NCBI RefSeq assembly: GCF_000737315.1
Contig: NZ_JMCB01000002.1
Location: 310,001 to 374,000, forward strand
DNA length: 64,000 nt
From: Hyalangium minutum
GTDB lineage: Bacteria; Myxococcota; Myxococcia; Myxococcales; Myxococcaceae
Direction of reading: 5' to 3'
This document shows, in pieces, positions 18,475 to 27,500 of this stretch. The notes below the pieces were generated by a model. It saw nothing but the letters and a program-made list of their open reading frames with translations. It was not told the DNA's origin and made no database searches. Position 1 is the stretch's first letter, and the number at the start of each line of letters is the position of its first letter. The position numbers and the translations under genes were made by a program.

Positions 18475-20775
18475 TTGAAAACTCTCTCCCGGCACCTGTT
18501 CTGGGTGCTCGCGCTGGCGTTGCTCGCGAGCTGCTCTGCGTCTTCTCCCGCCCCTGGCGCTGCCCAGTTCGCTGTCTCCCTCCCCCAGGCCCTCTCCTCC
18601 AGCGACGTGACCCGTATTCGGGTGACGGTCTCCGCCTCCGATATGGAGGCCCTCTCCGTCGAGCTCGCCAAATCCAACGGTGCCTGGGGAGGCCTCATCG
18701 GCAATCTCCCCGCGGGCGCCAACCGCTCCTTTCTCGCCCAGGCCTTCGACTCCTCCGGCGCGCTCCTCTTCCAGGGCCAGACGTCCGGCGTCTCCATCGC
18801 TCCCAACCAGACCACCGCCGTCGCCCTGACCCTCCAACAGGTGTCTGCGCCTCCTCCCTATGGCAACGAGGCTCCCATCATTGACTCCCTCGTCGCCTCG
18901 TCGACCTCTGTGCTCACCGGTGGCGCTCTCTCCCTGACGGCCACCGTGCATGATCCCAATCCTGGCGACACCCTCACCCTGAACTGGACAGCCTCCGGCG
19001 GCTCCTTCTCTGCGCCTTCCGCTCTGGACACGTCCTGGACGGCGCCTGCTTCCGCGGGCATCCAGACCCTCATCCTCACGGTGACCGACTCCCAGGGGGC
19101 TGCTGTCTCTGTCTCCCTGGCGGTCAACGTCTCCAGCGCCTCCACGGGCAACGCCGCCCTGAACATCTCCTTCAACCTCTGGCCCACGGTCTCCCGGGTG
19201 TCGGCCTCCCTGAGCCGCCTCGACGCAGGACAGTCCACCACTGTCTCTGTCTTGGCCTCCGATGGGGATGGCGATGGCCTGTCCTACCAGTGGACTTCTT
19301 CTTGCCCGGGCACCTGGACGGACGCCTCCTTCAGCACGGCCTCCTTCGTCCCTTCCTCGGTGCCGGCCGGTGCGTGTAACAACTGCCAGCTCACCGTCAC
19401 CGTCCAGGACAGCCGGGGAGGGCAGACCACGGGCTCCCTCGCCTTGTGCGTCGCTTCCGCTTCCATGGAGCGCTTCCCCCCGCGCATCTCCCATCTCTAC
19501 CAGTCCGCCACCTCCACCGCTCCGGGCCAGACGGTCACCTTCGAGGTCACCGCCCTGGATCCCCAGGCCAGCTCCCTGACGTTCACGTGGAGCGCTACCA
19601 CTGGCTCCCTGGGCACACCGGTGAACGGCGCCTCCTCCAGCCACGTCACCTGGACGGCCCCCTCCTGTGCCTCCGGCGGCATGACCCCTGGCATTACCGC
19701 CACCGTCACCAACGCCTTCCACCTCTCCGCCACACAGAATTTCCGGGTGGAAGGAGTGCCCGCCTGTCCTTCGGGATGGACCTCGACGCAAGCCATGAGC
19801 TTGCCTCGCTACCACCACACGGCGACGCTGCTGCCCAACGGCAAGGTCCTCGTCGCGGGTGGAGTCTTTGTCAGCGCTCATGCGATGGCCGAGGTCTATG
19901 ACCCGGCCTCGGGCACTTGGAGCGCGACGGGCTCCATGGCCCAGGGTCGTTACATCCACACGGCGACGCTGCTGCCCAATGGCAAGGTCCTCGTCACGGG
20001 TGGCTCCAACGGCGTGGCGTCCTTGGCGACGGCGGAGGTGTATGACCCAGCCTCGGGCACCTGGAGCGCGACGGGCCCCATGGCTTCGCCTCGCAGCGAG
20101 CACACGGCGACGCTGCTGCCCAATGGCAAGGTCCTCATCGCGGGCGGATACACGAACCCGGGCACCCATTCCTCCAGTTCCCTGGTGACGGCGGAGGTGT
20201 ACGACCCGGCCTCGGGCACCTGGAGCACGGCCGGCGCCATGGCCACGCCTCGATCCGTCCACACAGCGACGCTGCTGCCCAACGGCAAGGTCCTCGTCAC
20301 GGGGGGCTCGAACAGCGATTTCCTGGCGACAGCGGAGGTGTACGACCCGGCTTCGGGCACCTGGAGCACGGCCGGCGCCATGGCCTCGCCCCGCCGGTAC
20401 CACACAGCGGCGCTGTTACCCAACGGCAAGGTTCTCATCGCGGGCGGATACAGCAGCCCCATCTTCGCGACGGCAGAGGTATACGACCCGGTCTCGGGCA
20501 CCTGGAGCATGACGGGCTCCATGGTCACACCCCGCTACCTCCACACGGTGACGCTGCTGCAAAGCGGCAAGGTGCTCGTCGCGGGGGGAGCCAATGGCCT
20601 CAACCACAGGGAAGCGGAGGCATATGACCCGGCTTCAGGCACCTGGAGTGCGGTCCCTTCCATGATCCATGTCCGCCGCAGCCACGCGGCGGCGCTGCTG
20701 CAAGACGGCAGGGTTCTCATCTCCGGCGGATATAATGGCGGTGGTTTCCCAGATGCGGAGCTGTACTCACCCTGA
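18475..20775 (+). CDS. Lipoprotein with Ig-like/PKD repeats and Kelch beta-propeller (paralogue of 4238..6490)
   Basis: TTG start, lipobox LASC; six HTATLLPNGKVL..GG...AEVYDPASGTW units; shared CNNC motif. Confidence 0.9.
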   Translation: MKTLSRHLFWVLALALLASCSASSPAPGAAQFAVSLPQALSSSDVTRIRVTVSASDMEALSVELAKSNGAWGGLIGNLPAGANRSFLAQAFDSSGALLFQGQTSGVSIAPNQTTAVALTLQQVSAPPPYGNEAPIIDSLVASSTSVLTGGALSLTATVHDPNPGDTLTLNWTASGGSFSAPSALDTSWTAPASAGIQTLILTVTDSQGAAVSVSLAVNVSSASTGNAALNISFNLWPTVSRVSASLSRLDAGQSTTVSVLASDGDGDGLSYQWTSSCPGTWTDASFSTASFVPSSVPAGACNNCQLTVTVQDSRGGQTTGSLALCVASASMERFPPRISHLYQSATSTAPGQTVTFEVTALDPQASSLTFTWSATTGSLGTPVNGASSSHVTWTAPSCASGGMTPGITATVTNAFHLSATQNFRVEGVPACPSGWTSTQAMSLPRYHHTATLLPNGKVLVAGGVFVSAHAMAEVYDPASGTWSATGSMAQGRYIHTATLLPNGKVLVTGGSNGVASLATAEVYDPASGTWSATGPMASPRSEHTATLLPNGKVLIAGGYTNPGTHSSSSLVTAEVYDPASGTWSTAGAMATPRSVHTATLLPNGKVLVTGGSNSDFLATAEVYDPASGTWSTAGAMASPRRYHTAALLPNGKVLIAGGYSSPIFATAEVYDPVSGTWSMTGSMVTPRYLHTVTLLQSGKVLVAGGANGLNHREAEAYDPASGTWSAVPSMIHVRRSHAAALLQDGRVLISGGYNGGGFPDAELYSP

Positions 20776-20814
20776 AGACATTCAAGCGGGGCAGAGCCGA
20801 GGCCGGGCTCTGTG

Positions 20815-20834
20815 TGGAGGCGGCGGGAATCGAA
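20815..20834 (-). repeat. tmRNA-like 3' end copy 2 (att-like core)
   Basis: tggaggcggcgggaatcgaa, a 20/20 match to 7006-7025. Confidence 0.7.
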
Positions 20835-20859
20835 GGCGTGCTCATCTGCTTGAAAGGAC

Positions 20860-21594
20860 GTGGCCATGCGTTTCCGAACGTGCAGCGCACTCCTGTTTCT
20901 CCTCTCGGCCTGCGCCACGACAGAGCCGAGCATCGGAGAACTGGAGGGCCCTGATCCGAGGTTCGCCAACCTTCAGCGGGCGGCGCAGTACCCCTGGACG
21001 GATGACGGGCATTGCGTGGTGCGGGAAGCCTCTCACGAATGGCCGATTCTGGCGGAGCGGTGCTTTCACGCTCTCGATCACGACAGGGTCAAGTTTCGGG
21101 ATGTCGCCGGAAGATGCGCTGTCGCCTCTGCGGGTGCGGCGGCCGTAGGCGTGGGGCTCTGCGTCTTTGTGGCACCCGAGATCATTGTTGGAGCGGTGAT
21201 CATCGCTGGCGTTGTCGTGGTGGCTGTTGCCATCAAAGGCGAGTTGGATGCATACGAGCGAAGGGCATCTCGTGATCGTGCGAGGACCGAGGCTCAAACA
21301 CGGCCATCCCATGAGCAGGAGCCCTCGGCGAATCGAAAGCCCAGCCCCAAAAATCAACCCGACCCCGAGAGACGCCCGAAGCCGTTCATTCACCCCAATC
21401 CCACTCCGGAGGAACGGGAGGAATGGAGGAAGCGGTGTCTTGACTATTACGTGCGCTGTAGCGAGTTCGTGAAAGGGGATAAGCAGTGGCGCGTCTTCGG
21501 GGAGCGCCAGTGTCAATCGTGCTGGTTGCTTTGCGAGCGTACAGGTCAGTGGCCAGCAGAAGCGAACGAGAGACCCTGCCCAGGAGGTGATTGA
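20860..21594 (+). CDS. Lipoprotein, putative polymorphic toxin (SitA-like architecture) with Cys-rich C-terminus
   Basis: Lipobox LSAC; hydrophobic GVGLCVFVAPEIIVGAVIIAGVVVVAVAI segment; Pro/charged linker; 6 Cys in the last ~55 aa. Confidence 0.7.
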   Translation: MAMRFRTCSALLFLLSACATTEPSIGELEGPDPRFANLQRAAQYPWTDDGHCVVREASHEWPILAERCFHALDHDRVKFRDVAGRCAVASAGAAAVGVGLCVFVAPEIIVGAVIIAGVVVVAVAIKGELDAYERRASRDRARTEAQTRPSHEQEPSANRKPSPKNQPDPERRPKPFIHPNPTPEEREEWRKRCLDYYVRCSEFVKGDKQWRVFGERQCQSCWLLCERTGQWPAEANERPCPGGD

Positions 21595-22085
21595 CCGTGA
21601 GGCGCACGCGCGAAGACTGGTGGAAGAGCGTCGCTGAGCGACGCGACGATCACTTGATCAAGCTCTTGAAGGCCAAGGCGCCCTGGCCGGACTTCAAGCA
21701 GGCGATCCGTGCTCAAGAGGCAGAACTGATCCGGGAGGCGCAGACGCCCGTTGAACGGCGGCACATCCAACAGCTTTCCATGCCGGTGCTGCTGACCGAG
21801 GCTTACGCGAGGGGTCTTGAGTGGGACGAATTTGGCCCACTGGTGCGCCGTATTCAGCGGCTCGGCTACGCAGACATGACCCACCGGATCCACGTGGCGT
21901 GTCTCTTTGTCCAATCATTGCCCCGTTTTCCAGAGCGAGCCCGGCAAGCGTTCGCCATGCTTGATGGAGTGGAGGGGAGCCTCAAGCGCATCCGCAAGAG
22001 TCACTACCTACGTAAAGAAGGGATGGAGGGTATAGCCCATGCGCGCGCTGTGGCGGCAGCCGCTGGCATTTCATCGCCAAAGTAG
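21591..22085 (+). CDS. Putative immunity protein (164 aa, helical)
   Basis: TTGA overlap with the upstream lipoprotein stop, GGAGG RBS; small cytoplasmic protein with no signal peptide. Confidence 0.6.
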   Translation: MTVRRTREDWWKSVAERRDDHLIKLLKAKAPWPDFKQAIRAQEAELIREAQTPVERRHIQQLSMPVLLTEAYARGLEWDEFGPLVRRIQRLGYADMTHRIHVACLFVQSLPRFPERARQAFAMLDGVEGSLKRIRKSHYLRKEGMEGIAHARAVAAAAGISSPK

Positions 22086-22139
22086 GTGATCCAGAAGTAT
22101 GGGACATGGCACCATCTGCGGCTTGCGCCATACGTGCAC
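22086..22139 (+). pseudogene. Decayed tyrosine integrase C-terminal motif
   Basis: gtg atc cag aag (t) atg gga cat ggc acc atc -14 nt- tac gtg cac reads VIQK.MGHGTI.....YVH, matching integrase IQELMGH.TI...RY.H with two frameshifts. Confidence 0.45.
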
Positions 22140-22186
22140 CATGGATGGAGGAAGCCGCTAACCATCCGTAGCCACGGAGTGAAAAG

Positions 22187-22211
22187 TGGAAGCGGCGGCA
22201 ATCGAACCCGC
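22187..22211 (-). repeat. tmRNA-like 3' end copy 3 (degenerate att-like core)
   Basis: tggaagcggcggcaatcgaacccgc, a 23/25 match to 7006-7030. Confidence 0.65.
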
Positions 22212-22244
22212 TTCCGCGTGACGAGAAGGCAGGATGGAGTTGGA

Positions 22245-23150
22245 TCAGGCGAGCAGTTGCCGCAGCGCCGGCTCCAGCTGTGGGAAGTGGAAAGTGAAGC
22301 CGGACTCGGTGAGCCGCTTCGGCAGCACCCGCTGGCCCTCGAGCGCCACCATCGCCATCTCTCCCATGGCTGCCTTCACCACGAAGCCCGGGATGTGCAT
22401 CACCGAGGGACGTCCCAGCACGGTCCCCAACGTGTGTGCGAACTCCGCGTTCGAGAGCGGCTCCGGCGAGGTGACGTTGAACGGTCCCTCCAACTCCGGG
22501 TGCTCCAGCAGGAAGCGCAGCGCTGCCACTGCGTCCTCCCGGTGGATCCAGCTCACGTACTGCTTGCCAGAGCCTATGCGGCCTCCCGCCCCCATTCGGA
22601 AGGGCGGCAGCATCGTGTGCAGCGCTCCGCCCTCGGGATGGAGAATCACCCCCATGCGCGCCACCGCTGTGCGGATGCCCGCCTCACGCGCCCGCAGCGC
22701 CTCCGCCTCCCACTCCTGGCACACCCCTGCCAGGAAGTCTTTGCCCGGCGAGTTCTCCTCCGTCAGCACCTCTGCCCCGTGCGTCCCGCCGTAGTAGCCC
22801 ACCGCTGACGTGGACACGAAGCGCTGCACCGTGCCCGCTCCCTGCATCGCGTCCACCAGCGCCCGCGTCCCCTGCACCCGGCTGTCCCGGATGCGCCGCT
22901 TCGCGTCGTGGTTCCAGCGCTGGTTGATCGGCTCTCCCGCCAGGTGGATGACCGCCTGTGCCCCTGCCAGTGACTCGGGCGGTAAGGGCTCGCCTGCCCG
23001 GAAGGCTGCTCCCGTCACTCCCTTCGGCAGCCGCTCCAGGGCTTGTTCAACGTTCCGTACAAGGACGTGGACCGTGTGTCCCGCCTCCAACAAACCTTGG
23101 ACAAGGCGGGGCCCCAGGAAGCCGCTCGCCCCTGTGAGCGCCACCTTCAC
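22245..23150 (-). CDS. TIGR01777-family NAD-dependent epimerase/oxidoreductase
   Basis: GTG start; VALTGASGFLG, HLAGEPI..RW, DSRVQGT, SAVGYYG, SWIHRED, GQRVLP. Confidence 0.92.
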   Translation of the reverse strand: MKVALTGASGFLGPRLVQGLLEAGHTVHVLVRNVEQALERLPKGVTGAAFRAGEPLPPESLAGAQAVIHLAGEPINQRWNHDAKRRIRDSRVQGTRALVDAMQGAGTVQRFVSTSAVGYYGGTHGAEVLTEENSPGKDFLAGVCQEWEAEALRAREAGIRTAVARMGVILHPEGGALHTMLPPFRMGAGGRIGSGKQYVSWIHREDAVAALRFLLEHPELEGPFNVTSPEPLSNAEFAHTLGTVLGRPSVMHIPGFVVKAAMGEMAMVALEGQRVLPKRLTESGFTFHFPQLEPALRQLLA

Positions 23151-23698
23151 AGCTGCGGCTCCGCCTTCAAGTCCTTGCCCACCAGCTTGGAGAGGGCTTC
23201 GAAGAACGCCTTCCGCTCTGCCTCGTCCAGCTTCCCCGAGTACCGGTACACCACCGCCCCCGCCGCATCCATCAGCATGACCGTGGAGGTCTTCTTGGGC
23301 AGCGCCCACGGAGGCCCTCCCAGCGTCCCCTCTAGGTCCACCAGGATGGGCACGCCCACCTTCTTCTCCTCGTCCTTCACGTAGGACAGGGCAATCTGCC
23401 GCGCAGGGAAGAAGTTGAACTTCTCCAGGTTGGCCACCGCCACCACCCAGGCCGCCTCCAACAGGCCGTGCTGCTGGCCCTTGGTAAACAGCTCCTCCTT
23501 CAGCGCTCCGTTCAGCTGCGTGGAGTCCTTGTCCTCGTAGAACAGGATGACGGGCTTGCCTCGCCACTTCGACAGTGACGCCTGGGCCCCATCCGACCCT
23601 TGGAGCGTTGCCTCCAACGGGCTGCTCCCCGAACCTTGGGCAGAGGCCCCCGTCGTGGCCAGAGTCACCGTCAACGCTCCTGTCAGCCAGGCCTTCAT
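23147..23698 (-). CDS. Exported YtfJ/thioredoxin-like protein
   Basis: Signal peptide; WRGKPVILFYED, ILVDLEG motifs; GTGA overlap with the downstream gene. Confidence 0.75.
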   Translation of the reverse strand: MKAWLTGALTVTLATTGASAQGSGSSPLEATLQGSDGAQASLSKWRGKPVILFYEDKDSTQLNGALKEELFTKGQQHGLLEAAWVVAVANLEKFNFFPARQIALSYVKDEEKKVGVPILVDLEGTLGGPPWALPKKTSTVMLMDAAGAVVYRYSGKLDEAERKAFFEALSKLVGKDLKAEPQL

Positions 23699-23731
23699 GG
23701 GGGCTCCTTTGAAAAGGGAACAGCCGAACGA

Positions 23732-23787
23732 GGTTTGAACAAACATTGGACACAGCCTTGACAAAGAATGTACGCCGACGCTACGTG
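23732..23787 (+). promoter_or_regulatory. carB-type promoter with CarH/CarA operator (tandem 11-bp direct repeats)
   Basis: ggttTgaACAa / acatTggACAc / agccTtgACAa / agaaTgtACgc in exact 11-bp phase (nnnnTnnACAn); the third contains -35 TTGACA (23758-63); candidate -10 TACGTG 18 bp later. Confidence 0.85.
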
Positions 23788-23825
23788 TAGGGCAAGATGC
23801 ACACGCGGTGTCGGAGGACGATGCG

Positions 23826-24929
23826 ATGGCTTCTCCCTTCTCCCTGGTGACTGCTCCGCCGCTGCCCGCGGCCCAGCCCCCCCCGATCGCCCCCGATCAG
23901 GCGTGGCTGCGGATGGTGCAGACCCAGGTGGAGGCCTCGCTCGCCGAGCTGTTCGAGCTGCCCGATGAAGCCGCCTTCGATCCACGCTGGACCCAGGCCA
24001 TGGAGCGCACGCGCCAGTACGCCCTGCGGCCGGCCAAGCGGGTGCGCCCCGCGCTCGTCGTGGCCGGGTACAGCCTGGCCCGAGGCTCGCTGAAGGTTCC
24101 CGCAGGGCTGTGGCGCTTCGCGGCAGGGCTCGAGTTGCTGCACACCTTCCTCCTCATCCATGACGATGTGGCTGATCAGGCCGAGCTGCGCCGAGGGGGG
24201 CCTGCGCTCCACCACCTGCTGGGCGCTGGGCGGGCAGGCGAGGACCTCGCCGTGGTGGTGGGCGACCACCTGTTCTCTCGCTCGCTCGAGGCCATGCTCT
24301 CCTCCGAGCTGCGGGGGGCCTCGGCCGCCTCGCGCTACTACCTCGCCGTGTGCCGGCACACCGCCGCCGGCCAGTACCTGGACCTCAGGCTCGCGTCTGC
24401 GCCGCTGTCCCAGGTGACGCTCCTCCAGGCGCTGCGCGTGGCCCACCTGAAGACGGCGCGTTACGGCTTCTGCGCCCCGCTCGTCTGCGGCGCCATGCTG
24501 GCCGGCGCGGATTCGGAGCTGTGCGAGGCCCTGGAGCGCGTGGGCCGCCATGTGGGGCTCGCCTTCCAGCTGCGCGATGACTTGATCGGCCTGCTCGGCG
24601 ACGAGCGCGTGGCGGGCAAGGCCGCGGATGGCGACTTCGTGCAGGGCAAGCGCACCGTGCCCGTGCTGGCGGCGTACCTGCGCGCTCCAGCGGCGGCCCG
24701 CGAGGAGCTGGAGCGGCTCTGGGCGCTGCCCCCCGAGGCCAAGGATGCGGCGGCGCTGGCCCAGGCTCGCGCGCTGGTGGAGGAGTACGGAGGCCGGGCC
24801 GCCTGCGAGCGGCTGGTGGAGCGGGCCTCGCGCACGGGGCGGCGGGCGCTGCAGGCGCTGCCGGACGAGGGCGGCGTGCGGGACTTGCTGGACACTCTCA
24901 TCACCCGGCTGGCGCACCGCGCGGCCTGA
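23826..24929 (+). CDS. crtE: Geranylgeranyl diphosphate synthase
   Basis: AKRVRP, LIHDDVADQAELRRG, GQYLD, KTARY, FQLRDD. Confidence 0.92.
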   Translation: MASPFSLVTAPPLPAAQPPPIAPDQAWLRMVQTQVEASLAELFELPDEAAFDPRWTQAMERTRQYALRPAKRVRPALVVAGYSLARGSLKVPAGLWRFAAGLELLHTFLLIHDDVADQAELRRGGPALHHLLGAGRAGEDLAVVVGDHLFSRSLEAMLSSELRGASAASRYYLAVCRHTAAGQYLDLRLASAPLSQVTLLQALRVAHLKTARYGFCAPLVCGAMLAGADSELCEALERVGRHVGLAFQLRDDLIGLLGDERVAGKAADGDFVQGKRTVPVLAAYLRAPAAAREELERLWALPPEAKDAAALAQARALVEEYGGRAACERLVERASRTGRRALQALPDEGGVRDLLDTLITRLAHRAA

Positions 24930-24945
24930 GACAACGAGCGTCGCC

Positions 24946-26493
24946 ATGGAGCAGGGCAAGCCAAAGGCAGTCGTGGTGGGCGCTGGTGTGGGTGGGCTCG
25001 CGGCCGCGGCCCGGCTCGCGCGCCAGGGGTTCGATGTTCACCTGTTCGAGAAGACCCACGGGCCCGGCGGGCGCTGCAACCAGCTGCGCGCCGAGGGCTT
25101 CACCTGGGACATCGGCCCCACCATCGTGCTCATGCCCGAGGTCTTCGAGGAGACCTTCTCCGCCCTGGGCCGCCGGCTCGAGGACTACCTGACGTTCCAC
25201 CGCTGCGAGCCCAACTACCGCATCCACTACCGCGACGGCTCTTCCATCACCTTCACCTCCGAGCTCACCGCCATGGGCCGCGAGCTGGAGCGCATCGAGC
25301 CCGGCAGCTTCAAGCGCTACCTCGCCTTCCTCGCCCAGGGCCGTGAGCAGTACCGCACCAGCCTTGACCACCTGGTGGGCCGCAACTACTCGGGCGTCCT
25401 GGACTACTTCTCGCCCAAGGTGCTGGCCAAGATTTTCAAGGTCCGCGCGCACCGGCGCATGTACGCGGACGTCAGCCGTTTCTTCCAGGACGACCGCCTG
25501 CGCGCGGCGATGACGTTTCAGACGATGTACCTGGGCGTCTCCCCGTTCGCCTCGCCCGCCGTGTACGGACTGCTCCCGTTCACCGAGCTGGGCGTGGGCA
25601 TCTGGTTCCCCCAGGGCGGCCTGTATGCCATTCCCCTCGCGCTGGAGAAGGTGGCGCGCGAGGAGGGCGTGCGGCTCCACTACGGCGAGCCGGTGGAGCG
25701 CATCCTCACCGAGGGCGCTCGGGCCACGGGCGTGCGGCTGGCCAGCGGGCGCACCGTGCAGGCGGACCTCGTGCTGTGCAACGCCGACCTGCCGTACGCG
25801 TACCAGAAGCTGCTCGAGGGCGCGCCCACCTCGCTGCCGCGCAAGGACAAGCTCCGCTACACCTCCAGCGGCTACATGCTCTACCTGGGCCTGCGTAAGC
25901 AGTACCCCGGGCTGGGCCACCACAACGTCGTGTTCGGCCGCGACTACCAGGGCTCGTTCGACGACATCTTCGAGCGCTTCCGCGTTCCGGAGGACCCGAG
26001 TTTCTACGTGAACGTGCCCACGCGCACGGATCCCAGCCTCGCGCCTCCAGGACAGGACGCCGTCTACGTCCTCGTCCCTGTCCCGCACCAGAACCCGCAC
26101 CTGGACTGGAAGGTGGAGGGGCCCAAGGTGCGCGCCAAGGTGTTCCAGCGGCTCGCCGAGCTGGGCTACCCGGACCTGGAGCGCGACACCGTCGTGGAGC
26201 GCGTCTTCACCCCGGATGACTGGGCCGCCTCGTACAACCTCATGCACGGCAGCGCGTTCGGGCTGGCGCAGAACTTCTTCCAGATCGGCCCCTTCCGGCC
26301 CTCGAACCAGGACGCGCGCGTGAAGAACCTCTTCTTCGTGGGCGCCTCCACCCAGCCAGGCACTGGGCTGCCCACCGTGTTGATCTCCGCGCGGCTGGCC
26401 GCGGAGCGCGTGCAGAACTGGGCGAGGCAGGCGGGTCTGGCACAGGCGCTGAGCCGGACGCCCGCGCCCGTCCAGGCAGAGGTGGCCGCATGA
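24946..26493 (+). CDS. crtI: Phytoene desaturase (CrtIa-type position)
   Basis: VVGAGVGGL, EK..GPGGR, DIGPT, NLFFVGASTQPGTGLP. Confidence 0.95.
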   Translation: MEQGKPKAVVVGAGVGGLAAAARLARQGFDVHLFEKTHGPGGRCNQLRAEGFTWDIGPTIVLMPEVFEETFSALGRRLEDYLTFHRCEPNYRIHYRDGSSITFTSELTAMGRELERIEPGSFKRYLAFLAQGREQYRTSLDHLVGRNYSGVLDYFSPKVLAKIFKVRAHRRMYADVSRFFQDDRLRAAMTFQTMYLGVSPFASPAVYGLLPFTELGVGIWFPQGGLYAIPLALEKVAREEGVRLHYGEPVERILTEGARATGVRLASGRTVQADLVLCNADLPYAYQKLLEGAPTSLPRKDKLRYTSSGYMLYLGLRKQYPGLGHHNVVFGRDYQGSFDDIFERFRVPEDPSFYVNVPTRTDPSLAPPGQDAVYVLVPVPHQNPHLDWKVEGPKVRAKVFQRLAELGYPDLERDTVVERVFTPDDWAASYNLMHGSAFGLAQNFFQIGPFRPSNQDARVKNLFFVGASTQPGTGLPTVLISARLAAERVQNWARQAGLAQALSRTPAPVQAEVAA

Positions 26494-27500
26494 AGTCGCA
26501 CGAGGATCCGCAACTGGTGGCCCAGGGGTACCGGCTCGCCCAGCGCGTGACGCGCGAGCACGCCAAGAGCTTCTATTTCGCCTCGTATTTGCTCTTCGGT
26601 GCGCGGCGGAAGGCGGCCTTCGCCCTCTATGCCTTCTGCCGGCGGTTGGATGACATGGTCGACGAGGGTAGCCAGGGCGCCGCGCCGGTGGACCTGAAGG
26701 CCCGGCTGGCACGGGCCCGGCAGATGGTGGCCGAGGTCTACCTGCCCATGCCGGAGCTGGCGGCACCGGGGCTCGACTCGCCCGCCGAGCGGCTGATGAG
26801 CGCCGAGGCTCAGTCCCCGTGGGATGCGGGCGAGTTCGCCGCGCTCAAGCACGCCGTCTACCACTACCGCATCCCCGAGCAGCCCTTTCAGGACCTCATC
26901 TCCGGCATGGAGATGGACCTGACGAAGGACCGCTACGCCACCTACGCCGAGCTGGACCTGTACTGCTACCGGGTGGCGGGCGTGGTGGGGCTGATGCTGA
27001 CGCCGGTGCTGGGGTGCTCGGATCCGCGCGCGGTCTCGCACGCGGCGGACCTGGGCCGGGCCATGCAGCTCACCAACATCCTGCGCGACGTGCGCGAGGA
27101 CCTGGAGCGCGGCCGCGTGTACCTGCCCGCCGAAGAGCTGCGCGCCTTCGGGCTGAGCGAGGACGACTTGCGCCGAGGCCAGGTGGACAACCGGTGGCGT
27201 GACTTCATGCGCTTTCAGATCTCCCGGGCCCGGGCCCTCTACGCGCGCGCGGGCGCGGGCGTGGACTACATCGAGGGCTTCGGCAGCCGGCGGATGGTGC
27301 GGCTGATGGGCGGAATCTACGGGGACATCCTGCGTGTCATCGAAGCGCGGGACTGCGACGTGTTCAGCGAGCGGGCTTGGGTGCCGGGCCGCCGGAAGCT
27401 GGCCCTGGCGGCGGCGGCCATGGCCCGGCCCTCGGCGGTGCTCCCGGCGCCCGTGGGGGAAGTGAACCTGCCTCTTCTTCCAACGGGGACTCGGGGATGA
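26490..27500 (+). CDS. crtB: Phytoene synthase
   Basis: AKSFYFAS, LYAFCRRLDDMVD, YCYRVAGVVG, AMQLTNILRDVREDL..GRVYLP. Confidence 0.95.
   Translation: MKSHEDPQLVAQGYRLAQRVTREHAKSFYFASYLLFGARRKAAFALYAFCRRLDDMVDEGSQGAAPVDLKARLARARQMVAEVYLPMPELAAPGLDSPAERLMSAEAQSPWDAGEFAALKHAVYHYRIPEQPFQDLISGMEMDLTKDRYATYAELDLYCYRVAGVVGLMLTPVLGCSDPRAVSHAADLGRAMQLTNILRDVREDLERGRVYLPAEELRAFGLSEDDLRRGQVDNRWRDFMRFQISRARALYARAGAGVDYIEGFGSRRMVRLMGGIYGDILRVIEARDCDVFSERAWVPGRRKLALAAAAMARPSAVLPAPVGEVNLPLLPTGTRG

Noticed and set aside
19800-20760. Near-identical ~140-150-bp DNA repeats as a mobile or repeat element
   Set aside because: They are the coding Kelch units of the lipoprotein
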